This document shows, piece after piece, positions 47,275 to 56,137 of a stretch of DNA of 64,000 nt. The position numbers and the translations under genes were made by a program. Position 1 is the stretch's first letter. The number at the start of each line of letters is the position of its first letter. The notes under the pieces are model-generated. The model saw nothing but the letters and a program-made list of their open reading frames with translations, ran no database searches and had not been told where the DNA came from. This stretch comes from Thermodesulfovibrionia bacterium. GTDB taxonomy: Bacteria > Nitrospirota > Thermodesulfovibrionia > Thermodesulfovibrionales > SM23-35. The stretch covers positions 14,463-78,462 of the forward strand of contig JBGQLV010000004.1 in assembly GCA_041500225.1 (NCBI GenBank), given 5' to 3'.

Positions 47275-47511
47275 ATGAGCGAAGAATGGGTTGAGGTTCT
47301 TATTACTTATGACCGTCTTGAGGCTGAGATTATAAAAGACCTGCTGGAAAGCGGCGGAATCCCGGTAGTTTTAAGGTCATCAAAAATGATTCCCTTTCCT
47401 GTAAATGTAGGTAAAATAGGGGAGATAAAAATTTTAGTAAAAAAGGGAGATAAAGAGACAGCAGAAAAGGTAATAAAGATAGGTAATGATTGTAATCCCA
47501 TGACTGAATAA
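47275..47511 (+). CDS. DUF2007-like small protein
   Basis: 78 aa. WVEVLITYDRLEAEIIKDLLESGGIPVVL matches the DUF2007 pattern as I recall it. Confidence 0.6.
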   Translation: MSEEWVEVLITYDRLEAEIIKDLLESGGIPVVLRSSKMIPFPVNVGKIGEIKILVKKGDKETAEKVIKIGNDCNPMTE

Positions 47512-47561
47512 TGCTATTGATATCCAGAATTTTAAAGGATTAGTATACCCATTAGTTGCAT

Positions 47562-47734
47562 AAAAAAGGAGGCAGACATGCTGAAAAACCCCTGCAAAGC
47601 AACAAAATATAATTATGTTACACATAAATGCAAATTTAACGCTAGGTGCATTTTGCAAAAAGGCTGGCTGGCCAGGCTTGAGGGCTCTAAGGTGTCGCTG
47701 GCAGGCCTTTTTCAGCACATCTGCCTCCTTTTTT
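47562..47734. repeat. 173-bp element bounded by 27-bp imperfect inverted repeats that contain SD-like AAGGAGG
   Basis: Left arm aaaaaaggaggcagacatgctgaaaaa. Right arm tttttcagcacatctgcctcctttttt. 25 of 27 positions are complementary. Confidence 0.8.
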
Positions 47735-47993
47735 AATAAAACTTTTTGCAACGTTTAGGTATAGTAGTGATAAAGGGAGTATAAGAAGGAAAATATAAAG
47801 GTGGCAAGATGAAGATTTTGAAGAGGTTAATTTTAATATCAGGTGCGGTTGCACGCTCTATCATTGGGATAGGGGCGACTGTATTACTCTTTTTTGCTTT
47901 GAAAAAGAAAAAAGGGAAACAATTATGAGATGTAAGATAAATCTTTGGTATTTTTATTATTTTATAGTATTATGGTTATATATCTGATTTTAA

Positions 47994-48251
47994 ATGGAGG
48001 AAGATATGAACGAAGTATTGGACGAAATTGTAAAACTTGGTTCCAAGATGAAGAGAATGTATAAAAAGAGAACTGCTGCTAAAGAGGAACTTCCCAGAAT
48101 GGCGGCAGAACTCGGAATATTTCTTGTTGCCAGTTCAAAGAAAATAGCACGTCTTAAAGGCGAGCAACTTAGAACTGAACTTGATAAGGTTCAAAAAAAG
48201 GTGGATAATTTCAGGAAATTTATCTTCAAGAAAAAGGCTGAGAAACTCTAA
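47994..48251 (+). CDS. Hypothetical 85-aa (or 81-aa) charged helical protein
   Basis: The ORF is in the track. The alternative ATG at 48006 has GGAGG 5 nt upstream. I recognise no family. Confidence 0.45.
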   Translation: MEEDMNEVLDEIVKLGSKMKRMYKKRTAAKEELPRMAAELGIFLVASSKKIARLKGEQLRTELDKVQKKVDNFRKFIFKKKAEKL

Positions 48252-48296
48252 GTCTTTAGTGGTGAATTGTTTGGAAAATGAAGCAGGAACCTTGAA

Positions 48297-49010
48297 ATGA
48301 AAAAAACAACTGCATGGCTGATAGTTTTCATGTGGGCAGTTTCGTTACCTTTTTTTCAGGGTTGTACTACAGATAAGCCTTTTATAAAGAAAGACGTGGC
48401 ATCTCTTACACCCTTAAAGGTTATACGATATGAAACACCCGGCATTCTGAGAAGTACTATGGCTGAAACATTATTTCTTACGACTGTTGCAGTGGCATTG
48501 CCTGGAGGGTCTGCGTTGATCTTATTAAATGATGGATACTGTAAAACAAGAGGCGAAACGATGCAAACTAAGATACCCGATTTTGGATATATTGTAATGA
48601 ACAGATTTGTTGAGAAAATGAACCAGGAAGCATCCAAGTGGCCCTTATTAGCTGTTAGATCTGAGCCGGTAGGAGAGGATTATGCTGAACCATGCACATT
48701 GATAGAATTTAAGGTAAAAAGACTTGCTTATGGCTATCTTGATTTCGTCAGAGGTGGTGGTAATGGTTTTTTAAGTAAAACGGTTGTAACAATGAAAGAT
48801 CCTAATGGCGAAATACTCTGGCAAAAAAGCTTCACTTATTTATCGAAAGATTTTAAAAGGGATAAGAATATAGACGAATTTGAGGCTGATGATGGGAAGC
48901 TTTTGAAAGAGGAAATGGAATTTGCAGCGGAAAAAACCGTATCAGACTTTATTGCTCACTTAAACGGAGAAAATTTACAAGAATACGTCAAGCAAGAATC
49001 TTCCAATTAG
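48297..49010 (+). CDS. Putative lipoprotein
   Basis: 237 aa. Signal peptide with a lipobox-like FFQGC (MKKTTAWLIVFMWAVSLPFFQGCTT). Confidence 0.65.
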   Translation: MKKTTAWLIVFMWAVSLPFFQGCTTDKPFIKKDVASLTPLKVIRYETPGILRSTMAETLFLTTVAVALPGGSALILLNDGYCKTRGETMQTKIPDFGYIVMNRFVEKMNQEASKWPLLAVRSEPVGEDYAEPCTLIEFKVKRLAYGYLDFVRGGGNGFLSKTVVTMKDPNGEILWQKSFTYLSKDFKRDKNIDEFEADDGKLLKEEMEFAAEKTVSDFIAHLNGENLQEYVKQESSN

Positions 49011-49151
49011 AGTACATCTCAGTTATATAAGAAAAATAAAGATTTCTAACTTTAGGTAATTAATTAGTTTGACTTTACCTCTCTGGTATTTTATTCTTTT
49101 TCAAAAGCTACGAGAATCAGAAATGATAATCTGGAGTGATAAATAAATAAT

Positions 49152-51482
49152 ATGGAAAATGGTGTGCAATTTACAGATGAACTAATCGGTGAGCTATCTG
49201 AACTGTGCGGGATACTTTTAGAATACTGGGATATTTTTGGTAAAAAGCATATAACTTCTGTTGAGACCAAAAAGGCGATACTCAGTGCGATGAAACTGAA
49301 GATTAATTCAGCCGGGGATATAATTAAAGAAATTAATGAACGAAAGTGGAAACCATGGAAAAACTTTATCGAACCTGTGCATGTCATATCAGTAAATGAC
49401 CAGCCTGTGACAGTCCCTGTTTATATACCCATCAAAAAGGATGAAGAAGCTAAACTTATAATTTCTTGGTCTATAGAAGATGAAAATGAGCAAAAAGCTG
49501 AGTTTATACTTGCATGGAACGCCATAACAATCTCGGAAATACAATGGATAGATGGGATAAGATTTATAAAGATAAACCTCTCGGATGCGGTATGCCGAGC
49601 TATTGGTTATTATGTAATTCATGTAGAGTGCAAACATCCTGAAAACATCTTTCCAGGCGGAGTAAACCTTTTACAAAAAACATCTAAGGTTATATTAACT
49701 CCTGATACCTGTTATTTACCACCTGAACTACAGAAAGGAAGGACATGGGGCCTTTCCGTTAATCTTTACTCAATCTGTTCGGCACGAAACTGGGGCGTTG
49801 GTGATTTTACTGACCTTAAGAAAATTGCCAGGTGGGTTGCTGATTTGAAGGGTGGCTTTATAGGAATCAATCCGCTACATGCAATTCCAAACACAAAACC
49901 CTTCGGGATCAGTCCGTATTCTCCTGTAAGCAGGCTTTATAAAAATTTTATTTACCTTGATGTAGAAAGCATACCTGAAGTAGCAGAATCAGAAGATGTC
50001 AGGGCAATCATGACATCTGAAGATTTTAATAAAGAATTGAATAAACTCAGAAAAGGAAACTTAGTTGATTACGAAAAGGTTGCATTAGTGAAAGAAAGAA
50101 TTCTAAGGAATGCTTTTGTTCTCTTTTATAAAAAACACTTCACACGAAATACTCGTCGTAGCAGGAATTTTAAGAAATACATATCAGAAGAAGGTACTGC
50201 CCTCGAATATTTTGCAATATATATGGCACTTGCATCACGATACGGGGTAACAGGGATGCGGAGATACAGAGAAACAGAAAAACAGAACAGTTGTGAGATC
50301 CCCGAATCTCCGAATCTACGGGTTTCCCTTTTACTGAATTGGCAGGAGTGGCCTGAAGAATATCGCAAATTATCAGGTAAAGCGGTTCAGATATTCAAGA
50401 AAGCAAATAAAAAGGAAGTACTCTTTTATAAATATATCCAGTGGCTTATTGATAATCAACTCAAGGAAGTTTCCGAAGAGGCCATAAATCACGGAATGGC
50501 TGTAGGGCTTTACCATGACCTTGCTATTGGTTCTCTTGGGGGGGGAAGCGATGCCTGGAGTTATCAGGATGTCATTGCAAGAGAAGTAGATGTTGGAGCC
50601 CCTCCTGACGATTTTAGTCCGCATGGCCAGAACTGGGGATTCCCTCCACTGATTCCGGAGAAATTGGAGGAGACAGGATATGAATTGTTTATCCAGACAA
50701 TAAGAAAAAATATGAAATACGGTGGTGCCCTTAGGATAGACCACGCCCTCGGCATGTTCAGGCTTTTCTGGATACCCCATGGCATGTTCCCCAAAGAAGG
50801 TGCTTATATAAGCTATCCATCAGAGGATCTTCTCAGAATTATTGCTTTGGAAAGTATTCGGAACAGAACTATAGTGATTGCTGAAGATCTGGGCACGATC
50901 GGTGAAAATGTTAGAGAAACGCTTCAGAGATTTCATATGCTTTCTTACAAGCTTTTTTATTTTGAGAGGAATTATCCTGACCCGTCATTTGTTCCACCTG
51001 ATAAGTACCCTGATAAGGCTTTGTGTGCCTTAACAACTCACGACCTGCCAACAATATACGGTTACTGGGCAGAGCAAGATTTAGAGATAAAAAAACAACT
51101 CGGTATATATTGTGACGACACTCTATGGCAGGAACAGGTCAATGAAAGAGAAAGGGACAAGAGACTTATTCTCTCTGCCCTTAAGTCTCTGGGAATTATC
51201 TCTGATGAGTACCTGTCAGAGCCGAAAATGATTCCTAAGATGACACCTGAACTATGCCTTGCTATATACCATTATCTTGCACTTACACCTTGTAAACTGT
51301 TGCTGGTCAGCCTCGATGATATCATTGGTACACTGAATCAGCAAAACATGCCCGGCACAGTCGGTTCATATCCCAATTGGCTGCAAAAAACACCGCTCAC
51401 TCTTGAGGGAATGGTTTCAGACAAACGATTTATTACTCTTTCTGAGATGTTTAAAAATATTTACAAAGGAGTTCATAAGTAA
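49152..51482 (+). CDS. malQ: 4-alpha-glucanotransferase (GH77 amylomaltase) with N-terminal extension
   Basis: 776 aa. GVGDFTDL, NPLH, GISPYSP, LRIDHALG, AEDLG, THD. These are GH77 catalytic blocks. Confidence 0.9.
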   Translation: MENGVQFTDELIGELSELCGILLEYWDIFGKKHITSVETKKAILSAMKLKINSAGDIIKEINERKWKPWKNFIEPVHVISVNDQPVTVPVYIPIKKDEEAKLIISWSIEDENEQKAEFILAWNAITISEIQWIDGIRFIKINLSDAVCRAIGYYVIHVECKHPENIFPGGVNLLQKTSKVILTPDTCYLPPELQKGRTWGLSVNLYSICSARNWGVGDFTDLKKIARWVADLKGGFIGINPLHAIPNTKPFGISPYSPVSRLYKNFIYLDVESIPEVAESEDVRAIMTSEDFNKELNKLRKGNLVDYEKVALVKERILRNAFVLFYKKHFTRNTRRSRNFKKYISEEGTALEYFAIYMALASRYGVTGMRRYRETEKQNSCEIPESPNLRVSLLLNWQEWPEEYRKLSGKAVQIFKKANKKEVLFYKYIQWLIDNQLKEVSEEAINHGMAVGLYHDLAIGSLGGGSDAWSYQDVIAREVDVGAPPDDFSPHGQNWGFPPLIPEKLEETGYELFIQTIRKNMKYGGALRIDHALGMFRLFWIPHGMFPKEGAYISYPSEDLLRIIALESIRNRTIVIAEDLGTIGENVRETLQRFHMLSYKLFYFERNYPDPSFVPPDKYPDKALCALTTHDLPTIYGYWAEQDLEIKKQLGIYCDDTLWQEQVNERERDKRLILSALKSLGIISDEYLSEPKMIPKMTPELCLAIYHYLALTPCKLLLVSLDDIIGTLNQQNMPGTVGSYPNWLQKTPLTLEGMVSDKRFITLSEMFKNIYKGVHK

Positions 51483-51487
51483 GGCGT

Positions 51488-51661
51488 CATTATTGAAAAA
51501 TCTCCCCTCGCCCCTCTCGGTTGCGAGTCGTACCGACTTTGCTAAAGAGGGGTAAATTCCCTCCCTTTGGTAAAGGGAGGTGAGGAGGGATTTTATAATC
51601 AATGTCTTCATACTTATGAGCTTATTAGTAACTTGTAATTCCCTGTGGTCTTGCCGCAGGG
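51488..51661. repeat. GC-rich palindromic repeat cluster between malQ and glgC
   Basis: agtcg tac cgact; cctcccttt ggta aagggagg tgaggaggg; and ccctgtgg tcttg ccgcaggg (51641-51661). Confidence 0.75.
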
Positions 51662-51739
51662 AGGTTCATTGAATCAGGAAATTTTATTATGTAAAATGTA
51701 TTATATAAACTAAGATACATAAATCTTCATGGAGGCGCA

Positions 51740-52963
51740 ATGGCACATCCAAAGGTTCTTGCATTTGTTCTTGCAGGAGGCAAGGGCGAGAGACTTTTTC
51801 CGTTGACGGCATTTCGTTCAAAACCGTCAGTCCCATTTGGCGGCAGGTACAGGATAGTGGATTTTGTCCTGAGCAATCTTGTGAATTCACACATTTATTC
51901 TATTTATCTTCTTGTGCAATACAAGTCCCAGTCACTTATTGAGCATGTGAGAAAGAACTGGGTTTTATCTTCTATTATCAAAGACCATTTTGTGGCTGTG
52001 GTTCCACCACAGATGCGGATGGGGCCCGAATGGTTTCAGGGCACGGCTGATGCGATTTTTCAGAATGTTAACCTCATCCGCCAGCACAATCCAAAGCTTG
52101 TTATAATTTTCGGAGCAGATCATATATATAGAATGGATATTCGTCAAATGATAGATTTCCATCTTGAAAATGATGCCTTTGTTACTGTTGCTGCAAGACC
52201 TGTTCCCATCGAGCAGGCATCTTCTTTTGGAGTTATTATGACAGACAGCGAAAAACGAATTGTCGGATTTCAGGAAAAACCAAAAAAGCCTACCTCGAGA
52301 CCTGATGACCCAGGTCGTGCGTATGTTTCCATGGGGAATTATATATTTAACAGAGATGTGCTTCTGGGAGCACTGGCAAAGGCACAAAGAAAAAAACAGC
52401 ATGATTTTGGTGCTCATGTAATACCAGATCTGGTTGAAACAGGTAAGGTATTTGCCTATGATTTTGCAACAAATATCATCCCCGGGACCATGCCTTATGA
52501 GGAGGGAGGTTACTGGAGAGATGTAGGTACAATATCTGCCTTTTTTGAGGCCCATATGGACATGTTAGGTTATTCACCTCTATTTGAACTTGACAACAAA
52601 TTGTGGCCTATCCATCCATCCGGTTATGAGGGATCCGCTACAAAGATATTGAGAGGCGATATAAGAAACAGTATAATTGCTGAAGGAACGGTTCTTCATA
52701 AGGCAAAGATACGCAATTCTATAATCCGTAGTGGTGTGACAATTGAGGACGATGTCAGTGTGGAAGACTGTATAATTATGGATGACGTATTGATTAAAAA
52801 AGGGTGTAGATTAAAAAGGGTAATTGTGGATAAGCTGAATGTGATAGATGAAGGCGAACAGATTGGTATTGACCCTGAAAAAGACCGTTTCCGTTGTCAC
52901 ATAGACTCCTCAGGAATTGCTATAATTCCGAGAGGTGGCAAGCTGGTAAGGACCTCAAGATAA
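51740..52963 (+). CDS. glgC: Glucose-1-phosphate adenylyltransferase
   Basis: 407 aa. LAGGKGERLFPLT..RSKPSVPFGGRYRIVDF, and a C-terminal left-handed beta-helix region. Confidence 0.9.
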   Translation: MAHPKVLAFVLAGGKGERLFPLTAFRSKPSVPFGGRYRIVDFVLSNLVNSHIYSIYLLVQYKSQSLIEHVRKNWVLSSIIKDHFVAVVPPQMRMGPEWFQGTADAIFQNVNLIRQHNPKLVIIFGADHIYRMDIRQMIDFHLENDAFVTVAARPVPIEQASSFGVIMTDSEKRIVGFQEKPKKPTSRPDDPGRAYVSMGNYIFNRDVLLGALAKAQRKKQHDFGAHVIPDLVETGKVFAYDFATNIIPGTMPYEEGGYWRDVGTISAFFEAHMDMLGYSPLFELDNKLWPIHPSGYEGSATKILRGDIRNSIIAEGTVLHKAKIRNSIIRSGVTIEDDVSVEDCIIMDDVLIKKGCRLKRVIVDKLNVIDEGEQIGIDPEKDRFRCHIDSSGIAIIPRGGKLVRTSR

Positions 52964-53132
52964 CCTGAATAAGGCAGGAATGACTTTCGCTACAAATCCC
53001 GGAACTACTGGCAGGACTGAGGCCGACACAAAGGGAAGTCTTGTCCCCGTGATATATGATTTGTTTCTTGAAATAGCCTCTGGTTCCATTTTAAAACAGG
53101 GAGTATTAAAGCTTTTCGGATTAAAAAAACTT

Positions 53133-54560
53133 TTAAAACCCTTTTATTGCTGCCTTGGCAAGATCAAGGAGGAATGATGGGAATACGCCTATTACAAGCA
53201 CAGCTATTGTTGTCACTATAAGTGCAAGGCCGGTTGCCGGAGATGTAGTAAGGCTGACAACTTCCTTCGGCTCTTTCATATACATGTACATGACTATCCT
53301 CAGATAGAAATATGCAGATATTGCACTGAAGATTACAGCTACGACAACAAGCCATGTATATCCAGCATTTATCGCACTCATAAATATATACAACTTACCT
53401 ATAAACCCTGCGGTAGGTGGAATACCAGTAAGTGAAAACATAAATATAAGCATAAGAGCTGCTGATAATGGATGGGTTTTAGCAAGGCCTTCATAGTCAG
53501 TTATATCCTCACCCCTGAATCCTTCACTCCTGAGCATGATTATAACTGCAAAGGCCCCGATATTCATAAATGCATATATCATCAGATAATTCATCACGCT
53601 GGCAAGCCCTTCATTGTTCGCAGCAATTATACCTAAAAGGGCGTATCCTGCATGGGCAATTGATGAGTAGGCAAGCATCCTTTTGATATTTGTCTGGGAT
53701 AATGCAACTATATTACCAACACCCATTGTGAGTATTGATACAGGAATCAGTATTGCTGCCCAGTCAACCTTGGCGGATGCAAATGCTACCATAAATACCC
53801 TTCCTAAAACTGCAAACCCTGCTGCCTTTGGACCGACTGACATAAAGGCTGTTATAGATGTTGGGGCGCCTTCATATACATCAGGTGCCCACATATGGAA
53901 TGGTGCAGCAGCAATTTTGAATCCAAATGCAACAGTAAAGAGTATAACAGACAGCAGGAGTGAGAGGTTCCCTGTAAGACCCTTTTCGCTGATATAAAGT
54001 GCGATTGCGTTAAGATTTGTTGTGCCTGTCAGGCCATAAATCATTGATGTCCCGTAAAGCAGGAATGCAGAAGAAAAGGCACCCAAGAGGAAATACTTCA
54101 GTGCCGCCTCATTTGATTTAATATCATGTCTGATAAAACCTGCAAGCACATAAGTGCTCAGGGCCATAAGTTCAAGGCCGAGATAAAGCACTATAAGGTC
54201 AGCAGCGGAGGCCATAATCATCATGCCGATAGTTGAAAACAGTATTAGAGCATAATACTCCCCGAAATTGATCTTTTCTATGACGATATACTTAATAGAT
54301 ATCAAAACAGACAGGATGACATTAACAAAAAAAATGAGTTTAAAGAATGTACTGTAACCATCAGAGATGAACATTCCTCCGAATGTAATTCCAGAGGAAC
54401 CGATCAGGGTATATGCCACAGCAACTATACCCGCAATACTAAATAGTGCAAGTACTTCCTTTTTCTTTATTAAAAGGTCTGCTAATAAAACTATCAGAGC
54501 AATGGCAGTCAAAGTAATCTCAGGTATTACAGGGCCGATGTCAGGAAGCTGGAAATTCAT
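53133..54560 (-). CDS. nuoN: NADH-quinone oxidoreductase-type complex, subunit N
   Basis: 475 aa antiporter-like polytopic protein, last gene of the nuo operon. Confidence 0.85.
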   Translation of the reverse strand: MNFQLPDIGPVIPEITLTAIALIVLLADLLIKKKEVLALFSIAGIVAVAYTLIGSSGITFGGMFISDGYSTFFKLIFFVNVILSVLISIKYIVIEKINFGEYYALILFSTIGMMIMASAADLIVLYLGLELMALSTYVLAGFIRHDIKSNEAALKYFLLGAFSSAFLLYGTSMIYGLTGTTNLNAIALYISEKGLTGNLSLLLSVILFTVAFGFKIAAAPFHMWAPDVYEGAPTSITAFMSVGPKAAGFAVLGRVFMVAFASAKVDWAAILIPVSILTMGVGNIVALSQTNIKRMLAYSSIAHAGYALLGIIAANNEGLASVMNYLMIYAFMNIGAFAVIIMLRSEGFRGEDITDYEGLAKTHPLSAALMLIFMFSLTGIPPTAGFIGKLYIFMSAINAGYTWLVVVAVIFSAISAYFYLRIVMYMYMKEPKEVVSLTTSPATGLALIVTTIAVLVIGVFPSFLLDLAKAAIKGF

Positions 54561-56098
54561 CTGACTACCTCCATAAGGGTTTTTGCTATGTTTGCCTCTT
54601 GCATACCGCCAGGCATATTGACTCTCTCTATGAGATGTTGGACCGAGGCATGCATAAAGCTGAGAAATGAGTTTGGATAAACGCCTATCCAGAACACAAG
54701 GAAAAGCAGAGGGAGGAGTGCTATTGTTTCCCTGATATCCATGTCTGGTAAACCAACAACCTTTTTATTGACTTCCATAAAGAATACCTTTTGATAAAGC
54801 CAGAGCATATAGCCAGCGCCTATGATCACTCCTGTTAATGCGAGTACTCCTGCCAATTTATTTGCAGTAAAACCACCGAGGATAATCAGGAATTCACCAA
54901 TAAATCCGTTCGTAGCTGGAAGCCCTATTGCTGATAGAGTAAATACCATGAAAAAGGCTGCATATATAGGCATGTGCGTTGCGAGACCTCCATAATCTGC
55001 AATCTGCCTCGAATGAGTCCTGTCATATACTATCCCTACAGACAAGAAGAGCGCCCCTGTCACAACACCGTGGTTAAGCATTTGTAGTATACCGCCTTCG
55101 AGTCCCTGAGTGTTAAGGGCGAAGATTCCGAGGGTTACGAAACCCATGTGACTCACAGAACTATAGGCAATAAGCCTCTTTAAGTCTGTCTGGGCAAGGC
55201 ATATGACCGCTCCATATATAATGGCAATAACTGAAAGGGTCAACATTGTAGGCGTCATTGCCGTTGCTGCATCCGGGAAAAGAGGGATAGAAAACCTCAG
55301 GAAGCCGTATGCACCCATCTTGATAAGTATGGCTGCAAGGATCACGCTGCCTGCTGTGGGGGCTTCTGTGTGTGCATCCGGAAGCCATGTGTGAACAGGA
55401 AACATTGGAACCTTTACCGCAAATGCTGAAAAGAATGCCCAGAAAAGCCATACCTGCATTGTGTAAGGATATGTCTTTGTCGTTAATTCAAGGATATCAA
55501 AGGTCTTGCCTGCATAGAGGTACAGAACGATTATCCCGACAAGCATCAGGACACTGCCAATCAGTGTGAATAAGAAGAACTTTATAGCTGCGTAAATCCT
55601 GTTCGGCCCTCCCCATACCCCTACTATGAGAAACATGGGTATAAGCATAGCCTCCCAAAAGAGGTAAAAGAGGAAAAAGTCTAAGGAACAGAAGACACCT
55701 ATCATAAACGATGTAGTTAGTAATATAGATATATAAAACTCTTTTACCTTCGTCTTTATTGCATTCCATGATATAAGAACGCAGAGGATTGCTATTAATG
55801 TAGAAAGAAGAACGAATAAGATGCTTATACCGTCAATGCCGATATAATAATTTACATTCCAGTCCGGGATCCAGCTGAATCTTTCGACAAACTGCATCTT
55901 ATAGGTTGACTTGTCAAAGTTTATAAATAGGGGTATTGATAAGAGAAATGTTGCAATGCTTGTTGTCAGGGCAAGCCATTTTGTAAGTAATTCCCATGAC
56001 CTTCTCATAAAAAGAAGCAAAAGCGCACCAAAAACAGGCAGAAATATAACTGTGCTAAGGATCGGATAACTCAATTGATTCATTATTACCTGTTCCAT
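54557..56098 (-). CDS. nuoM: Complex I-type subunit M
   Basis: 513 aa antiporter-like. WLPDAHTEAPTAGSV motif. Confidence 0.85.
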   Translation of the reverse strand: MEQVIMNQLSYPILSTVIFLPVFGALLLLFMRRSWELLTKWLALTTSIATFLLSIPLFINFDKSTYKMQFVERFSWIPDWNVNYYIGIDGISILFVLLSTLIAILCVLISWNAIKTKVKEFYISILLTTSFMIGVFCSLDFFLFYLFWEAMLIPMFLIVGVWGGPNRIYAAIKFFLFTLIGSVLMLVGIIVLYLYAGKTFDILELTTKTYPYTMQVWLFWAFFSAFAVKVPMFPVHTWLPDAHTEAPTAGSVILAAILIKMGAYGFLRFSIPLFPDAATAMTPTMLTLSVIAIIYGAVICLAQTDLKRLIAYSSVSHMGFVTLGIFALNTQGLEGGILQMLNHGVVTGALFLSVGIVYDRTHSRQIADYGGLATHMPIYAAFFMVFTLSAIGLPATNGFIGEFLIILGGFTANKLAGVLALTGVIIGAGYMLWLYQKVFFMEVNKKVVGLPDMDIRETIALLPLLFLVFWIGVYPNSFLSFMHASVQHLIERVNMPGGMQEANIAKTLMEVVR

Positions 56099-56137
56099 TT
56101 TTCTCCTCTATGAGTTGTAAACTCTATAAGTCATAAA

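Noticed and set aside
47434-47751. 105-aa minus-strand ORF
   Set aside because: It overlaps the 3' end of the DUF2007 gene and runs through the palindromic element. The composition is low-complexity and Cys/Phe-rich. More likely it is a by-product of the inverted repeat than a gene.
50538-50545. G8 homopolymer inside malQ (and C8/G7 runs in purL at 7214-7234) considered as frameshift-prone contingency sites or sequencing errors
   Set aside because: Both ORFs are intact across the tracts and the encoded residues fit the flanking conserved blocks. There is no evidence of an actual frameshift. I note them only as places to re-check in the reads.
51965-52555. 196-aa minus-strand ORF
   Set aside because: It is fully antisense to glgC, whose product has unmistakable ADP-glucose pyrophosphorylase motifs.
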